Positions 56,580-64,000 of a stretch of 64,000 nucleotides of DNA are shown one piece after another. The translations under genes and the position numbers were made by a program. Position 1 is the first letter of the stretch. Each line of letters begins with the position of its first letter. Below the pieces are notes generated by a model. It saw only the letters and a list, made by a program, of their open reading frames with translations. It was not told where the DNA came from and ran no database searches. The stretch comes from a virus: the IMG/VR virus record IMGVR_UViG_3300033148_006102, positions 1 through 64,000 of that record; one strand, written 5' to 3'.

Positions 56580-57015
56580 TCTTGAGGCTATGGCGACGGA
56601 TGGGCAAAGCGAAGCCATAGAAGTACGTATTCCCGGCAAGATCCCATCTTCCAATCATATTTACGCGACAGTTCAAGCGGGCCGGAAGACACGGCGTGTG
56701 TTGAACAAGAAGGGTAAGGCCTACAAGACATATGTGAAGGCCTTGGTCGCAGACGCATGTCGTAAAGCTGGTGGACTTCGTAAATCTAGATGGTATAAGT
56801 TTACCTTATTCACATACTTTTCGTTGATCACACAGAAGGACGAAGTACGTAAGCGCGACGTATCGGATTGCATCAAGTTAATTGAGGATGCGACAGCTGA
56901 GGCGTTGAGGATCGACGACAAGCATAACAAGCGTGTCGAAACTGAGAAGTTCAACAATGATGGCGAAGAGTATATTGTGGTCAAAGTGAGGGTTTACGAA
57001 CCGCTGGTGGAGTGA
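56491..57015 (+). CDS. RusA-like Holliday junction resolvase
   Basis: IPGKIPSSN, RDVSDCIKLIED...DDK. Confidence 0.75.
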   Translation: MQERLTAEEFQVKYGRVPKRKLKRRLKQHDLEAMATDGQSEAIEVRIPGKIPSSNHIYATVQAGRKTRRVLNKKGKAYKTYVKALVADACRKAGGLRKSRWYKFTLFTYFSLITQKDEVRKRDVSDCIKLIEDATAEALRIDDKHNKRVETEKFNNDGEEYIVVKVRVYEPLVE

Positions 57016-57917
57016 TGGCGAAGTTTACGGCCAAGCAAGTCGAAGACGCACTCGAGGAATACCATTATCGTAAGAATCCCGCCTGGGGCATCATCTTCCA
57101 GATGGGCTTTCAGATTAAAGATGACTGGTACGGCCACCAGCGTGTGGTGGATGGGATTGCTTGGCGTCGCCAGGCACACAAGTTTACGATCGACATTATC
57201 GAGATCAAAGTTAACCGATCTGACTGGCTCGCTGAGCTCAAGAGTGAGAAGTGGAAGGATACTTTTGAGATCGGCCAGCGGTTCTGGTTTGCGGCACCGC
57301 GAGGCGTCATTAAAGAAGAAGAGCTCCCGGCCGGCTGTGGGTTGTATCACGTCAATCCGGATGCGTCGAAGGTGAAGGTGCGTATTGCGCGTAACGCCAA
57401 GTCATTCACCCAGCGAGAGATCAAGACGCACACGATCCTGCGCCTCTTCATGAAGTACCAATGGAAAGTTGACGAGATTATTGAAGAGCGCGTCCAGGAA
57501 TTGTTGGGCGATAGACAGGAAGAAGTCGCCGAGCGCATACGCAAGGAACATGAGAAGGATCGCAAGATCAAGAAGTTGGAGAAGCAGCTTGAGCGTAATC
57601 CGCTGATTAATCCGCACATGTACATTTCACTTGAAGAGCTCTCGAATGCGCTAGGCGTGTTTGTGTGGAAGGACAAGATCTCGGAAGAAGAGCGGCTCAA
57701 GCGGTTGCGAGAGAAGCTATTGAAGCAGCTGAAGGTCACATCCCGTATGATGGGTTACAGCGGTCGGCAACTGCGCTCATTGATTAAAGATATGGATGAG
57801 TTGGTGAAATTTGCGGACTTTCTGCAGGATCTACGGACTCAATCGAAAGATAAGGTCATGGAGCCAGAAGAACGTGAAGATGCTGACTGGGAAGATGAGG
57901 ATGAAGACGATGGGTAA
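57012..57917 (+). CDS. MmcB-like PD-(D/E)xK nuclease with C-terminal coiled coil
   Basis: VDGI...IIEIKVNRSDW..E...KW...FWFAAPRG...LPAGCGL. Confidence 0.75.
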   Translation: MMAKFTAKQVEDALEEYHYRKNPAWGIIFQMGFQIKDDWYGHQRVVDGIAWRRQAHKFTIDIIEIKVNRSDWLAELKSEKWKDTFEIGQRFWFAAPRGVIKEEELPAGCGLYHVNPDASKVKVRIARNAKSFTQREIKTHTILRLFMKYQWKVDEIIEERVQELLGDRQEEVAERIRKEHEKDRKIKKLEKQLERNPLINPHMYISLEELSNALGVFVWKDKISEEERLKRLREKLLKQLKVTSRMMGYSGRQLRSLIKDMDELVKFADFLQDLRTQSKDKVMEPEEREDADWEDEDEDDG

Positions 57918-58215
57918 GCGGCGAATGTGCGAAGAGGAAGAAGATCGGCGTCGCCGGCCGAACGAGTTCTTCGATGATTGGGAGAAAGAGAAGGATTTCC
58001 GCGAGGAAATGAATCATGAGCGTGAACTCGAGAAGGAAATGGACGAGTTAGATCGAATAGAAGCGGAAGCCTGGGAAAAGGAAATGGAACTCGAGGCTGA
58101 GGAAGCTGAGCTGCTCCCAGACTGGGATTGCATGTCCTGCGGCTACGAGTTTTGTGATGAAGAGGGCACGGAGTACTGCCCGTATTGTGGGTCATGGGAT
58201 ATAAGGAGGTATTAG
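57910..58215 (+). CDS. Acidic protein with C-terminal Zn ribbon
   Basis: CMSCG...CPYCGS. Confidence 0.55.
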   Translation: MGKRRMCEEEEDRRRRPNEFFDDWEKEKDFREEMNHERELEKEMDELDRIEAEAWEKEMELEAEEAELLPDWDCMSCGYEFCDEEGTEYCPYCGSWDIRRY

Positions 58216-58620
58216 ATGGCGAATAGATACCCAGATTATAAATACAAAGCGAAGGTAGTACGTGTCGTTGATGGCGACACTATTGAGGTCATTATTGATC
58301 TCGGCTTTCGTTTGACGATTCAAGAGCAGATCCGCTTAGCCGACATTGATACGCCAGAACTGCGCCCGCGCAAGGGTACGAAAGCGCAAAGAGAGCAGGA
58401 AAAGCAGAAGGCACGCGAAGCACGCGACTACGTAATGATGAAGTTGGCTGATTACTATTACGGTTCATTTCCATCGACGGCCAAGGATCTGTACATCCGT
58501 GTCTATAAGGGTGATTCCTTTGGGCGTTGGATCGCAGACATATATCTGTCGGCAACGGCCACAAAATCACTTAATCAGATGCTTCTTGAAGAAGGACTGG
58601 CAAAGCCGTACAAGCGGTAG
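58216..58620 (+). CDS. Thermonuclease (SNase-like)
   Basis: VVRVVDGDTI...DLGF...IRLADIDTPE...FGRW...LNQMLLEEGLA. Confidence 0.9.
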   Translation: MANRYPDYKYKAKVVRVVDGDTIEVIIDLGFRLTIQEQIRLADIDTPELRPRKGTKAQREQEKQKAREARDYVMMKLADYYYGSFPSTAKDLYIRVYKGDSFGRWIADIYLSATATKSLNQMLLEEGLAKPYKR

Positions 58621-58695
58621 TAGACTGCCAGAAGCTTGGTCACAATCAATTTATACATATGCGGCGGTAGGCGTTTGGCTATCTTGACCAAGCCT

Positions 58696-60768
58696 ATGCC
58701 GAAACGGCGTCTGCCGCCGCGCCAATTTGAAAGATTCCAAATGTCATTAGACACATTAACTGCAATTGAGATCTTGGGGCCAGATGGTCCAATCGCAAAG
58801 TATCTCGACGATTACGAGATGCGTCCACAACAAGTGACGATGGCGCAAGCTGTGGAGAATGCGTTCATCAATGAGAGAAATCTGATTGCGGAGGCGGGAA
58901 CCGGAGTTGGTAAGTCATTTGCTTATCTGATACCAGCTATTCTGACTTCCCGTCGAACACGGCAACCAGTGGTAATATCAACTGGAACGATCGCGCTGCA
59001 GGAGCAGTTGCTACGAAAAGACATACCGTTTTTGCAGGAGGTTTTGAAGGATATCCCATTTACGGTGGCGTTGGCAAAAGGACGCTCGAACTATGTTTGT
59101 CCTCGGCGCCTAGCGAAGGCCGAATTTCAGCCGAAGGATAAGCGTATTCTTGATCGTATCCGCCACTGGGCGGCGCGCACTAAGGACGGTTCCCGGACGG
59201 ATCTGGATTTCAAGGTATATCCGTATCTATGGCAACAGGTATGCAGTGACCGGTATGACTGCAAAAAGAACCGGTGCAAAGGCTGCTTCTATTACTATAT
59301 GCGCTCAAGCCTGGCGAAGGCAAACATCGTGGTGGTCAACCACAGTTTGTTGTTGATCAACGCGATGCTGCCACCCAAGGCGCGTATCATTCCGAATACA
59401 AGTCGATTGATTCTGGATGAGGCTCACGAGCTTGAAGATATCGCAAGCACAGCGTTCGGAACGGAACTACGGCGTTCACAGATTGATTATCTGTTGAGCG
59501 ATATAGCACGTTTCATGCGTAATGACGCAGATGCCATGGGAGTCACTGGGCTCCTTAGTCCGCTGAATCACGCTGAAGAAGCTATGCACCCAGCGTATGC
59601 AGATTTGAAGGCTGCTATGGGCCGCGGTAAGTGGAGTTCGCGTGCCAAGCGCATTAAGATCCCTCTCGAGTCGCGCTCGGTGGACGCGCTTATTGGTGCA
59701 TTGGCACAACTTGGTAAGCTATTCGAATATAAGCATTCGGAAGCGATCGCCGAGTACGGGACTGAGGATGAGGCTGTGATCCGCATGGACTCGATTATCC
59801 AACGTTCTATGTCCTTTGCGCATCAGTTGGAGCAGTTTGCGAACGTGGAAGCACCGGATGCATATGTGTATTGGATTTCGCAGACTGGGGCGAAGACAGA
59901 CAACATTACGTTGAATATACGGCCGATCGAAGTGGCAAAGCTATTTGAAGAATACATCTTAGATCAGGCTAGCAGCGTAATCCTCACAAGCGCAACATTG
60001 GCGACGGACGCAGCGGATAGTCCTTGGCCGTTTGGTCATTTCCGGCAGCGGCTGGGATTCAGCATGGGCGGAGAAGATTTCTTCAATACCGGCAACAACT
60101 ATCCAGGTTCCACAGCAGCGGACGAGCTACAGGTGGATACGCCTTTCAATTATGCTGAGCAGGTTTCGCTGTACATTCCATACATAGCAGAGCCGAAGGC
60201 AGAGACGTATCTTGATGAGGTGACGGAAGAGGTTCTCGAAGCGATTAAAAAGTCGGCCGGTGGTGTGCTTGTATTATTTACGAGCTATCTGGCGCTGAAT
60301 ACGGTGTACAGTAATGTGGAAGATCGCTTTTATGCAGATGGCGTAAAAGACGTGGTATGCTTGAAGCAGGATTCCGGCGGAAATCGTGGAAAGTTGTTGG
60401 ATGCTTTTGTTCATGCGCCGCAGAAGGCTGTACTATTTGGTACGGAAAGTTTCTGGAAGGGTATCGACGTACCTGGCGACAGTTTGACGACTGTGGTCAT
60501 TACGAAGTTGCCGTTCCCAGTACCGACAGATCCGCTGCACGAAGCGCGGATGGAAGCAATTGAACGGCACGGCGGAGATCCGTTTGTGAGGTATTCGGAA
60601 CCGCATGCGCTTATCAAACTCAAGCAAGGCTTCGGACGCTTGATTCGTAGATCTACGGATAAAGGGCGAGTAGTAATATTGGATAGTCGTTTGTTGTCAC
60701 GGCGCAAAGGCTATGGGAAACGCTTCCTCGCAGCGTTACCACAGGTGCCGAGAGAAGATGACAATTGA
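58696..60768 (+). CDS. DinG/YoaA-family SF2 helicase
   Basis: EAGTGVGKS, KGRSNYVC, VVNHSLL, DEAH, LTSATL, LFTSY, SFWKGIDVPG, QGFGRLIR. Confidence 0.92.
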   Translation: MPKRRLPPRQFERFQMSLDTLTAIEILGPDGPIAKYLDDYEMRPQQVTMAQAVENAFINERNLIAEAGTGVGKSFAYLIPAILTSRRTRQPVVISTGTIALQEQLLRKDIPFLQEVLKDIPFTVALAKGRSNYVCPRRLAKAEFQPKDKRILDRIRHWAARTKDGSRTDLDFKVYPYLWQQVCSDRYDCKKNRCKGCFYYYMRSSLAKANIVVVNHSLLLINAMLPPKARIIPNTSRLILDEAHELEDIASTAFGTELRRSQIDYLLSDIARFMRNDADAMGVTGLLSPLNHAEEAMHPAYADLKAAMGRGKWSSRAKRIKIPLESRSVDALIGALAQLGKLFEYKHSEAIAEYGTEDEAVIRMDSIIQRSMSFAHQLEQFANVEAPDAYVYWISQTGAKTDNITLNIRPIEVAKLFEEYILDQASSVILTSATLATDAADSPWPFGHFRQRLGFSMGGEDFFNTGNNYPGSTAADELQVDTPFNYAEQVSLYIPYIAEPKAETYLDEVTEEVLEAIKKSAGGVLVLFTSYLALNTVYSNVEDRFYADGVKDVVCLKQDSGGNRGKLLDAFVHAPQKAVLFGTESFWKGIDVPGDSLTTVVITKLPFPVPTDPLHEARMEAIERHGGDPFVRYSEPHALIKLKQGFGRLIRRSTDKGRVVILDSRLLSRRKGYGKRFLAALPQVPREDDN

Positions 60769-60789
60769 TTATTCCGGAAGGAGGAAATT

Positions 60790-61317
60790 GTGGGGCGAGG
60801 CATGCGGAAAGGAACGAGCAAGCGCCGCACACGAAAGAAAAGGAGAGCGATTCCGGAGCCGATACCGAAGCATGAAGGACCTGATTTATCTGAACCGATT
60901 CCAGGAGACGGAGATACAGGTGGGATCGATACTCACAACTTCATATTACTGAAAGGCGAATACACAGGTGAGCGGTTGACTCGAGTACCGCTATCGTACC
61001 TACGCTGGATGGCTGCATCCGGGCACGAACATGCAGATTACGCCGAAGCAGAAATGCAGAGGCGCGGTACTCGAAAAGCGACCATTCATTTAACCGCGCA
61101 CGCTATTGACCGAGCATCGTTGAAGTGTTTATCTGTGTGGATCGCAACGCGGCAAGAAAATGAAGGAATCTATTCTTGGTTGATGCGGATAGCTGAAGAA
61201 GCGTTGAAGAACGGGAAGCAGGACAGCCGCGATAAGGAAGTCTACCTGTACAAAGGTGTGCGATTTATCTTCGTGTTTGACGGCAAGTTACCTGTATTGA
61301 AGACGCTGGCCGACTAA
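60790..61317 (+). CDS. Protein with DUF3820-like (GxYxGxxLxxVPxSYLRW) domain
   Basis: KGEYTGERLTRVPLSYLRWM; second domain HAIDRAS. Confidence 0.6.
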   Translation: MGRGMRKGTSKRRTRKKRRAIPEPIPKHEGPDLSEPIPGDGDTGGIDTHNFILLKGEYTGERLTRVPLSYLRWMAASGHEHADYAEAEMQRRGTRKATIHLTAHAIDRASLKCLSVWIATRQENEGIYSWLMRIAEEALKNGKQDSRDKEVYLYKGVRFIFVFDGKLPVLKTLAD

Positions 61318-61318
61318 T

Positions 61319-61341
61319 TTGGGATTATGGCATTATCACAG
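61319..61341 (+). repeat. 23-bp dyad site, copy 9
   Basis: TTGGGATT-ATGGCAT-TATCACAG, 1 nt after the TAA stop. Confidence 0.75.
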
Positions 61342-61349
61342 GAGAACGA

Positions 61350-61631
61350 ATGGCAGAAGAAATTGCTGATGTCAAACCAGACGCCACTGAAGCCGATAAC
61401 ATTAAAGTGGAGTCGTTCGGCTGGGAGCAAGCTGTTGAGGTTTTACGTGGAGAGCGCCCAGTGCGGCGTACCTGCTGGGAATCGACAGAACAGATTAGCC
61501 GAATGGTCCAGGACGGTAAGTTGGCAGAAGGCACTATCCAGCTTCGGCGGCGCGATGCTACCGGTGCGTTGGATTACTACGTGCCGTCCGCGGATGATAT
61601 GCGGGCGGAAGACTGGGTAGAGGCTGTGTGA
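61350..61631 (+). CDS. Divergent DUF2829/Tad2-like protein
   Basis: WEQAVEVLRGERPVRRTCW...YVPSADDMRAEDW. Confidence 0.6.
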   Translation: MAEEIADVKPDATEADNIKVESFGWEQAVEVLRGERPVRRTCWESTEQISRMVQDGKLAEGTIQLRRRDATGALDYYVPSADDMRAEDWVEAV

Positions 61632-61879
61632 TGCCGAAGTTTAGAAAGAAGCCTGAGACTGTGGAGGCGATATGTATGTTGAAAGACATACCTGTCTCCA
61701 CAGGTCGCGGGTTGATTCATGTTGCCGCCGGAGAGTGGTTAGTAACATACCCGGACGGTGAGCAAGGGATAGTGGATGATGTTACGTTTCGGCGGTTGTA
61801 CGATCCGGCAGATCGTAAGGCCGCGGAGTACCTTACGGGGATTATTTTGGATGGGCAAAGCAACAAAAATACTAAATGA
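61628..61879 (+). CDS. Small conserved phage protein (FRKKP..VEA...GEWLV..PDGE...F...Y type)
   Basis: Family motifs; coupled to the Tad2-like gene. Confidence 0.6.
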   Translation: MMPKFRKKPETVEAICMLKDIPVSTGRGLIHVAAGEWLVTYPDGEQGIVDDVTFRRLYDPADRKAAEYLTGIILDGQSNKNTK

Positions 61880-62165
61880 AGACAAGGCTCGACAGGCCTT
61901 GCGCGAGATCCTTGAGATTATTGGGGAATTCGCAGCTGAAGACGTAGATGGTGAGCTACTGGTCAACACCGGGTCTCGCCAGGTACCGATTGATATCGTC
62001 GATGCGAAGGCACATCTGTGTTTCAATGAGAAGCAGCAGATCGAACTGCATTACGCGCTATTTGAGCACCTTGGCTGGCTGGCACCGGAGATTGGTAACA
62101 TCAATGAATTGACTGTTGACAGATTCATTGAGCTAATGCGCCAAGACGGATGTTTTGATGGCTAA
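61851..62165 (+). CDS. Hypothetical protein
   Basis: MGKATKILNEDK. Confidence 0.5.
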   Translation: MGKATKILNEDKARQALREILEIIGEFAAEDVDGELLVNTGSRQVPIDIVDAKAHLCFNEKQQIELHYALFEHLGWLAPEIGNINELTVDRFIELMRQDGCFDG

Positions 62166-62219
62166 ACTGATGAGTGGAGGATCGGCGTGGTCCAGCTCGC
62201 TGGTGAATGGAATAAGCTT

Positions 62220-62351
62220 ATGGCTCGACGTAAGCGCTCTAAGCCACCACGGGAATGGCCGGACGATGTCGTTTTCCTGCTATTATTGCAGTTAGCCCTT
62301 ATGGGCCTATTCGGATTGGTTTTATTGATCGTTCGTTGGTTTTATGGGTAG
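62220..62351 (+). CDS. 43-aa single-TM peptide (not in ORF track)
   Basis: MARRKRSKPPREWPDDVVFLLLLQLALMGLFGLVLLIVRWFYG. Confidence 0.5.
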   Translation: MARRKRSKPPREWPDDVVFLLLLQLALMGLFGLVLLIVRWFYG

Positions 62352-62355
62352 GCTC

Positions 62356-62730
62356 ATGTACGAATTTCACGCGCTGAAAGCACTTCTGCCCAAGTTTGGC
62401 GTTGCGAATGCGGTCCCGGCTACTGGTGAGCGTCAAGGTTATACGATTGATGCATCAGACATGGAAGCGGACGAAGGCACGAACGAGCCGAGCATGCGGA
62501 CAGACGACTATATGCGTGATCCGTACATGACTCATGCGATGGAGCTACTGCAAACTGATGATCCATCAGATCCAGAAGTCCACGAATTAAGCAAAGTGTT
62601 GGCGCGACAATTCAACAAGGTACGACGTGCCGTACCTTCGTTGGATGATGTGTTTGATCGCCAGCGTACAATGAAGCCAGGCGGGGAGGTCCTCGATAAA
62701 GGAGATCTGCCGGTCGACGCCAATATGTAG
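62356..62730 (+). CDS. Acidic protein with an LL-x-K-x-G leader
   Basis: MYEFHALKALLPKFGV. Confidence 0.55.
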   Translation: MYEFHALKALLPKFGVANAVPATGERQGYTIDASDMEADEGTNEPSMRTDDYMRDPYMTHAMELLQTDDPSDPEVHELSKVLARQFNKVRRAVPSLDDVFDRQRTMKPGGEVLDKGDLPVDANM

Positions 62731-62767
62731 CTACATTGGTATCAGTGGCTGCAGGAGGAAAGGTTAT

Positions 62768-63193
62768 ATGAACGCATATTTCATGCAGGGTTTGAGGAAC
62801 ACGCTGACGAAACATGCAGAAGAACTCCCAGAGGGTATCTGCGAACAGCTGCGCAAGTTAGGCATGATCGGTGATGACGAAGCCGAAGGTGCCATGGCTG
62901 AGGACGGCATGGGCGAAGGTGGAATGCCTATGGATACGTCTCCAGGCGCCCCAGATGGCGACGAAGGCGACGCACAGCAGATTCTGCAGTTGATTGAACA
63001 ACTGCCGGAAGAGGCGCGTGTCATGTTGCTTCAGCAGCTGATGGCGCAACTGCAATCAGCAGCACCGCCAGAAGCACCATCACCAGATGGCCTTGACTAT
63101 CTCAATGAGGATGAGGGCGAAGAGGGCGCAGGCGAAGAAGAGCCCAAAGAGCCCGCCGAAGAGAAAGAAAAGGCTGCGCACCTGTACACCTAA
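62768..63193 (+). CDS. Acidic protein with F-x-x-G leader and K-x-A motifs
   Basis: MNAYFMQGLRNTLTKHAEE. Confidence 0.65.
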   Translation: MNAYFMQGLRNTLTKHAEELPEGICEQLRKLGMIGDDEAEGAMAEDGMGEGGMPMDTSPGAPDGDEGDAQQILQLIEQLPEEARVMLLQQLMAQLQSAAPPEAPSPDGLDYLNEDEGEEGAGEEEPKEPAEEKEKAAHLYT

Positions 63194-63203
63194 GGGGTAA
63201 CGC

Positions 63204-64000
63204 ATGGCGTTCACGTTACTGGCGGACCAGTTCAATCTGCCGGCTGAGGATTTTATCCGGACGATTGTGCAAGAGCGGTTCCCTACGCTTGATGTGCGTA
63301 AGGGTACGGCGCTATATCGTTTGGTGATTAAGCCGGCTGCATTGCTCATTGAGCCGTACAGGCGCATGCAGAATGTCTTGCGGCGTAACCAGACCATTCT
63401 CGCATTCGAAGATATGCTCGAGTACGAGTTGGATCAGTTGATGGCGAACTATTTTATAGATCGCCGCACATCCAGCACAGCCACAGGCATTGTACGTGTA
63501 TACGTTTCGGAAGCTGTGGAATTGGCTATTCCTCTTTCAGCACGTTTCTCAACCAATACAGGCTTGATCTTTCAGCCGTCATCACCTGTTGTAGCTACAG
63601 CGGCTGAACTGTTACTCAATGAATCTGGTGGATATTACTACGCGGATGTGCCAGTAATTGCGGAAGCACCTGGCGCGGATTACGTAATTGAATCAGGGAC
63701 GATTGTTAACTTCGAAGGCGTGAGCGCTGATTTCGTTGACAATCCTTCGGCTACTGCAGGCGGTCAGAACATTGAGTCAAACAGCGAACTTGTGGAGCGC
63801 AGTCGCGGCACGATTGCGACGCGCACACTTACATCCGAGAACGGCATTCGCGCCACGTTGCTCGATAACTTTGATTCGGTAACGGGCGTAGATGTTATCG
63901 GTTATCTGGATGCAGAGATGGAGCGGGATGTCATCCAAGCGGTGACCAGTTTCCGGGAACTGTTCGGCGTCCGGTTTGCGCGAAAAGTCAACGTATGGGT
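63204..64000 (+). CDS. Baseplate J-like wedge protein, 5' partial (runs off the window)
   Basis: FPTLDVRKGTALYRLVIKP, LDQLMANYFIDRR...ATGIV, VIAEAPG..Y, GGQNIESNSEL. Confidence 0.8.
   Translation, partial: MAFTLLADQFNLPAEDFIRTIVQERFPTLDVRKGTALYRLVIKPAALLIEPYRRMQNVLRRNQTILAFEDMLEYELDQLMANYFIDRRTSSTATGIVRVYVSEAVELAIPLSARFSTNTGLIFQPSSPVVATAAELLLNESGGYYYADVPVIAEAPGADYVIESGTIVNFEGVSADFVDNPSATAGGQNIESNSELVERSRGTIATRTLTSENGIRATLLDNFDSVTGVDVIGYLDAEMERDVIQAVTSFRELFGVRFARKVNVW

Noticed and set aside
1-64000. Genome-wide TAG reassignment
   Set aside because: TAG ends many genes directly before the next RBS (e.g. 16139, 28639, 46256, 47785) and long ORFs contain no internal TAG; only one interrupted gene was seen
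1-64000. tRNA, rRNA, CRISPR array, reverse transcriptase/DGR, integrase, intron or intein
   Set aside because: No cloverleaf, regular repeat-spacer pattern or diagnostic motifs seen by eye; a tRNAscan/Infernal run could still find weak cases

Overview
A 64 kb segment of a large contractile-tailed (myovirus-like, probably jumbo) phage genome, mostly on the + strand, using the standard genetic code (TAG acts as a stop). 1-21.5 kb is a tail/baseplate morphogenesis region: tail chaperone with a -1 frameshift, tape measure, lipoprotein plus membrane protein, baseplate hub-like and gp25-like genes. It also holds a phage sigma factor, a CYTH fusion and several low-complexity proteins with recurrent K-x-A/G motifs. 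21.6-40.1 kb is a dense accessory array (Dam-type methylase, PAPS-reductase-like, Tad2/DUF2829, MazG-like, BCS1-like AAA, DUF3310, ThyX, alpha-CTD-like, many small unknowns). 40.2-43.2 kb is a minus-strand cassette of small genes with a minimal ABC ATPase. 44-48.4 kb holds more K-x-A proteins, 48.4-56 kb three fibre genes plus a chaperone, and 56-61 kb DNA-processing genes (TSCPD-like, RusA-like, MmcB-like, thermonuclease, DinG). A baseplate J-like gene runs off the end. The most notable unexplained signals: (i) a 23-bp dyad (YTGGGAYT-7bp-AATMMCAG) found 9 times, every 4.5-10.5 kb, both between and inside genes; (ii) about 12 proteins sharing K-x-A/G and F-x-x-G-F-x-x-K/R-L motifs, suggesting a head-cargo targeting/processing system; (iii) a hairpin-dense candidate ncRNA at 18.3-18.5 kb; (iv) a 30-bp promoter-like motif found 3 times. 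No tRNA, rRNA, CRISPR array, integrase or reverse transcriptase was recognised. All family assignments are from motif recognition by eye, not database searches.
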